Source of the DNA: Chrysemys picta bellii
Taxonomy: Eukaryota
Reading direction: 5' to 3'
NCBI RefSeq assembly: GCF_011386835.1
Contig: NC_088792.1
Location: 204,228,001-204,292,000 of the forward strand
DNA length: 64,000 nt
This document shows, piece by piece, positions 61,987 to 64,000 of this stretch. The position numbers and the translations under genes were made by a program. Positions within the stretch are counted from its first letter, which is position 1, and the number at the start of each line of letters is the position of its first letter. The notes beneath the pieces were generated by a model. That model was not told the DNA's origin, did not search any database, and was given only the letters and a program-made list of their open reading frames with translations.

Positions 61987-64000
61987 CCCTCAACGTGAAA
62001 CTGGCGTCGAAGGGCAAAATTAGAGCTCCTGGATACACCTTTAGGACCTTCCAACATTGATATGAGCTCTGTTTATGTGGAATTCTTTGTAAGGCCAAAT
62101 TATTGATGCAGGCTTTGGTCCCAGCCAGAAATTTAGTTCATACTTTGTGAAACACTTTAGTGATTCCAGGGTTTGGTCTATGTGTTGACTTAACATAGCC
62201 ATTAACGTTCTTCAAAGAGCACTTATTCTGGCGTTCAGCCATGAAAGCTGTGAGGTGTTGTACCTCAGTTTCCCCTTTTGCACAGCAGTTAAAGCTTGTA
62301 GTGGTTTTTCTGCTATGGAAAGTTTTAGAAATGTGTCTATGCATTAGCTATGAAACGTTAACATTATTAGGCTTTTTAACACAAAGTGTGTTCTTGTTGA
62401 ATAATCAGAAGGGTTTCTATTATGTACCACTTTTAACATGTTCAAGGGCTTTTCCAAAAGACCATGCATATTGTACATTTTTACAGTTTTTGGTATCAGC
62501 AACGTTAGTTACAATCATTAGCAATAGCATCAGTTTTATCACAAGTGTACACTTACAATCATTTTTGTCATGCCAAGTGTTTGGTTTAGATAAAACGGGT
62601 AGGCAACCTATGGTACGCATGCCAAAGGTAGCACCCGAGCTGATTTTCAGTGGCACTCACACTGCCTGGGTCCTGGCCACTGGTCTGGGGAGCTTTGCAT
62701 TTTAATTTAATTTTAAATGAAGCTTCTTAAACATTTTAAAAACCTTATTTACTTTACATACAATAGTTTAGTTATATATTATAGACTTATAGAAAGAGAC
62801 CGTCTAAAAACGTTAAAATGTATGACTGGCACGCAAAACCTTAAATTAGAGTGAATAAATGAAGACTCGGCACACAACTTCTGAAAGGTTGCCGACCCCT
62901 GAGATAAAACATTCTTCAGATCAGCTTGTTCAATGCCCCTTTTGAACCTTTATAGCTTTTTCTTGACCTTAGGGTCTTCCTTAACATAGGATTTTAGTTT
63001 AACCACTTCCTTGGTATTTTTGTATTTTAGGGTTAACCTGTAGCTTCTATTAGCATAATAAACTTATTCCCTTCCTTCCTGTTCTGGACAGTCAAAATCC
63101 GAGCTCTTTTGCTTAACAGAATCCATTGACTGGCTGGGTGTGGCCTTTCTGCTAACAGCTACAGGCAAGTCTGTTTCCCCCCAGTCAGGTAATTTGCATC
63201 AACACAGACACTAGCTTGTTTACTAGTTTTCAGATCCTCAAGCTTTACCAATTCCAAGGCTGGACTCTGTCTTAAAGAGATACCATCCATTTTCACTAGC
63301 ATGTTAGACTCAAGGTTCTTTTGTCCTTCTACCAACCTCTGCTTCCACATGGAATCAGATGTCAAGTCCACTAAGAGACTACAAGTTATATCCAAAATAT
63401 CTAGAGATGAGAGTTTGCCTGCTCTCCCCTGTATTCTTGTGGGTTGAGTTATAAGGTTGTTCTGTTCTGAAAAACCAGTAACCTGATCTTTCCACAGTAC
63501 CTGAGTCACAGACTGCTTACTTAAAGAATCAACATGGAGACATTAATGTTCCAACAACGTTGTCTCCCCAACAAGCTGGTTAAGCTTATAGGTCTGTTTA
63601 AACTCGCTAACAATTTTTTTTCATCTGAAATCTTTTCAAAGCTATCCACACTGGGTCTTTCTAAACCAAGGCCAGTGGATTCATACACATTTGAAAGACT
63701 TTGGCCACTAGGCACCAACACACTTTCCTCAGAAGAGAGACAGTTTACTATCAACAATGGAAGAGTCAATGGAAACAATTCCTTCTCACAGACTTTCAAG
63801 ACTTCACCAAGAAATTCCTTTCCTTTGCAATATCCTGCACTGCAACAGATTCTTTCTGAGCTTTATTTATGTCCAGAACAGACTTTGGCACAACAGACAA
63901 ATCACCAAACTTCTTCTGAGTTTCACTTACAGTTACATCCAGAATCACCCCTGGCCCAACAAGAGAATTTTTACACAACCGCCTTTCAGGTATATTGCTA
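61987..64000 (-). mobile_element. Probable decayed internal region of an LTR retroelement (runs off the window)
   Basis: Adjoins the putative LTR and polypurine tract. Overlapping frameshifted ORF fragments occupy about 62950-64000, with no diagnostic gag/pol motif recognised. Confidence 0.45.
62596..62901. mobile_element. hAT MITE, inverted homologue of 13295-13616
   Basis: Perfect TSD AGATAAAA; right TIR GTTGCCGACCCCTG; left TIR lacks 2 nt. Confidence 0.9.

Noticed and set aside
44250-62900. Possible exons of a neighbouring gene (from memory, Themis3 and Ptprm lie upstream of Rab12 in mouse)
   Set aside because: I found no exon with recognisable CABIT, proline-rich or phosphatase sequence. 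Absence is not proven without tblastn.

Overview
Vertebrate genomic DNA, most likely from a turtle (inferred from the repeat landscape of CR1, Penelope-like, hAT, PIF/Harbinger-like MITEs and CORE-SINEs). The one gene I can support is RAB12 on the minus strand: six GT-AG coding exons, join(43104-42876, 24475-24415, 10263-10125, 9623-9534, 6775-6671, 5160-5047), 738 nt, 245 aa. It has a CpG-island promoter at about 42.4-43.6 kb and an AU-rich 3'UTR probably reaching about 3.04 kb. The rest is intronic or intergenic sequence rich in transposon relics, many with readable TIRs and target-site duplications. The most interesting hidden signal is a set of six minimal type I hammerhead ribozyme motifs carried by Penelope-like retroelement ends. 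Two have an intact core and four are mutated. They include a stand-alone 108-bp cassette between 11-bp direct repeats and a 100-bp fold-back carrying two opposed copies. The window also holds a hAT element built from two inverted 3' ends, two very stable GC-rich intronic hairpins, and a candidate poison exon after RAB12 exon 2. All calls were made by eye, without database searches or folding software.
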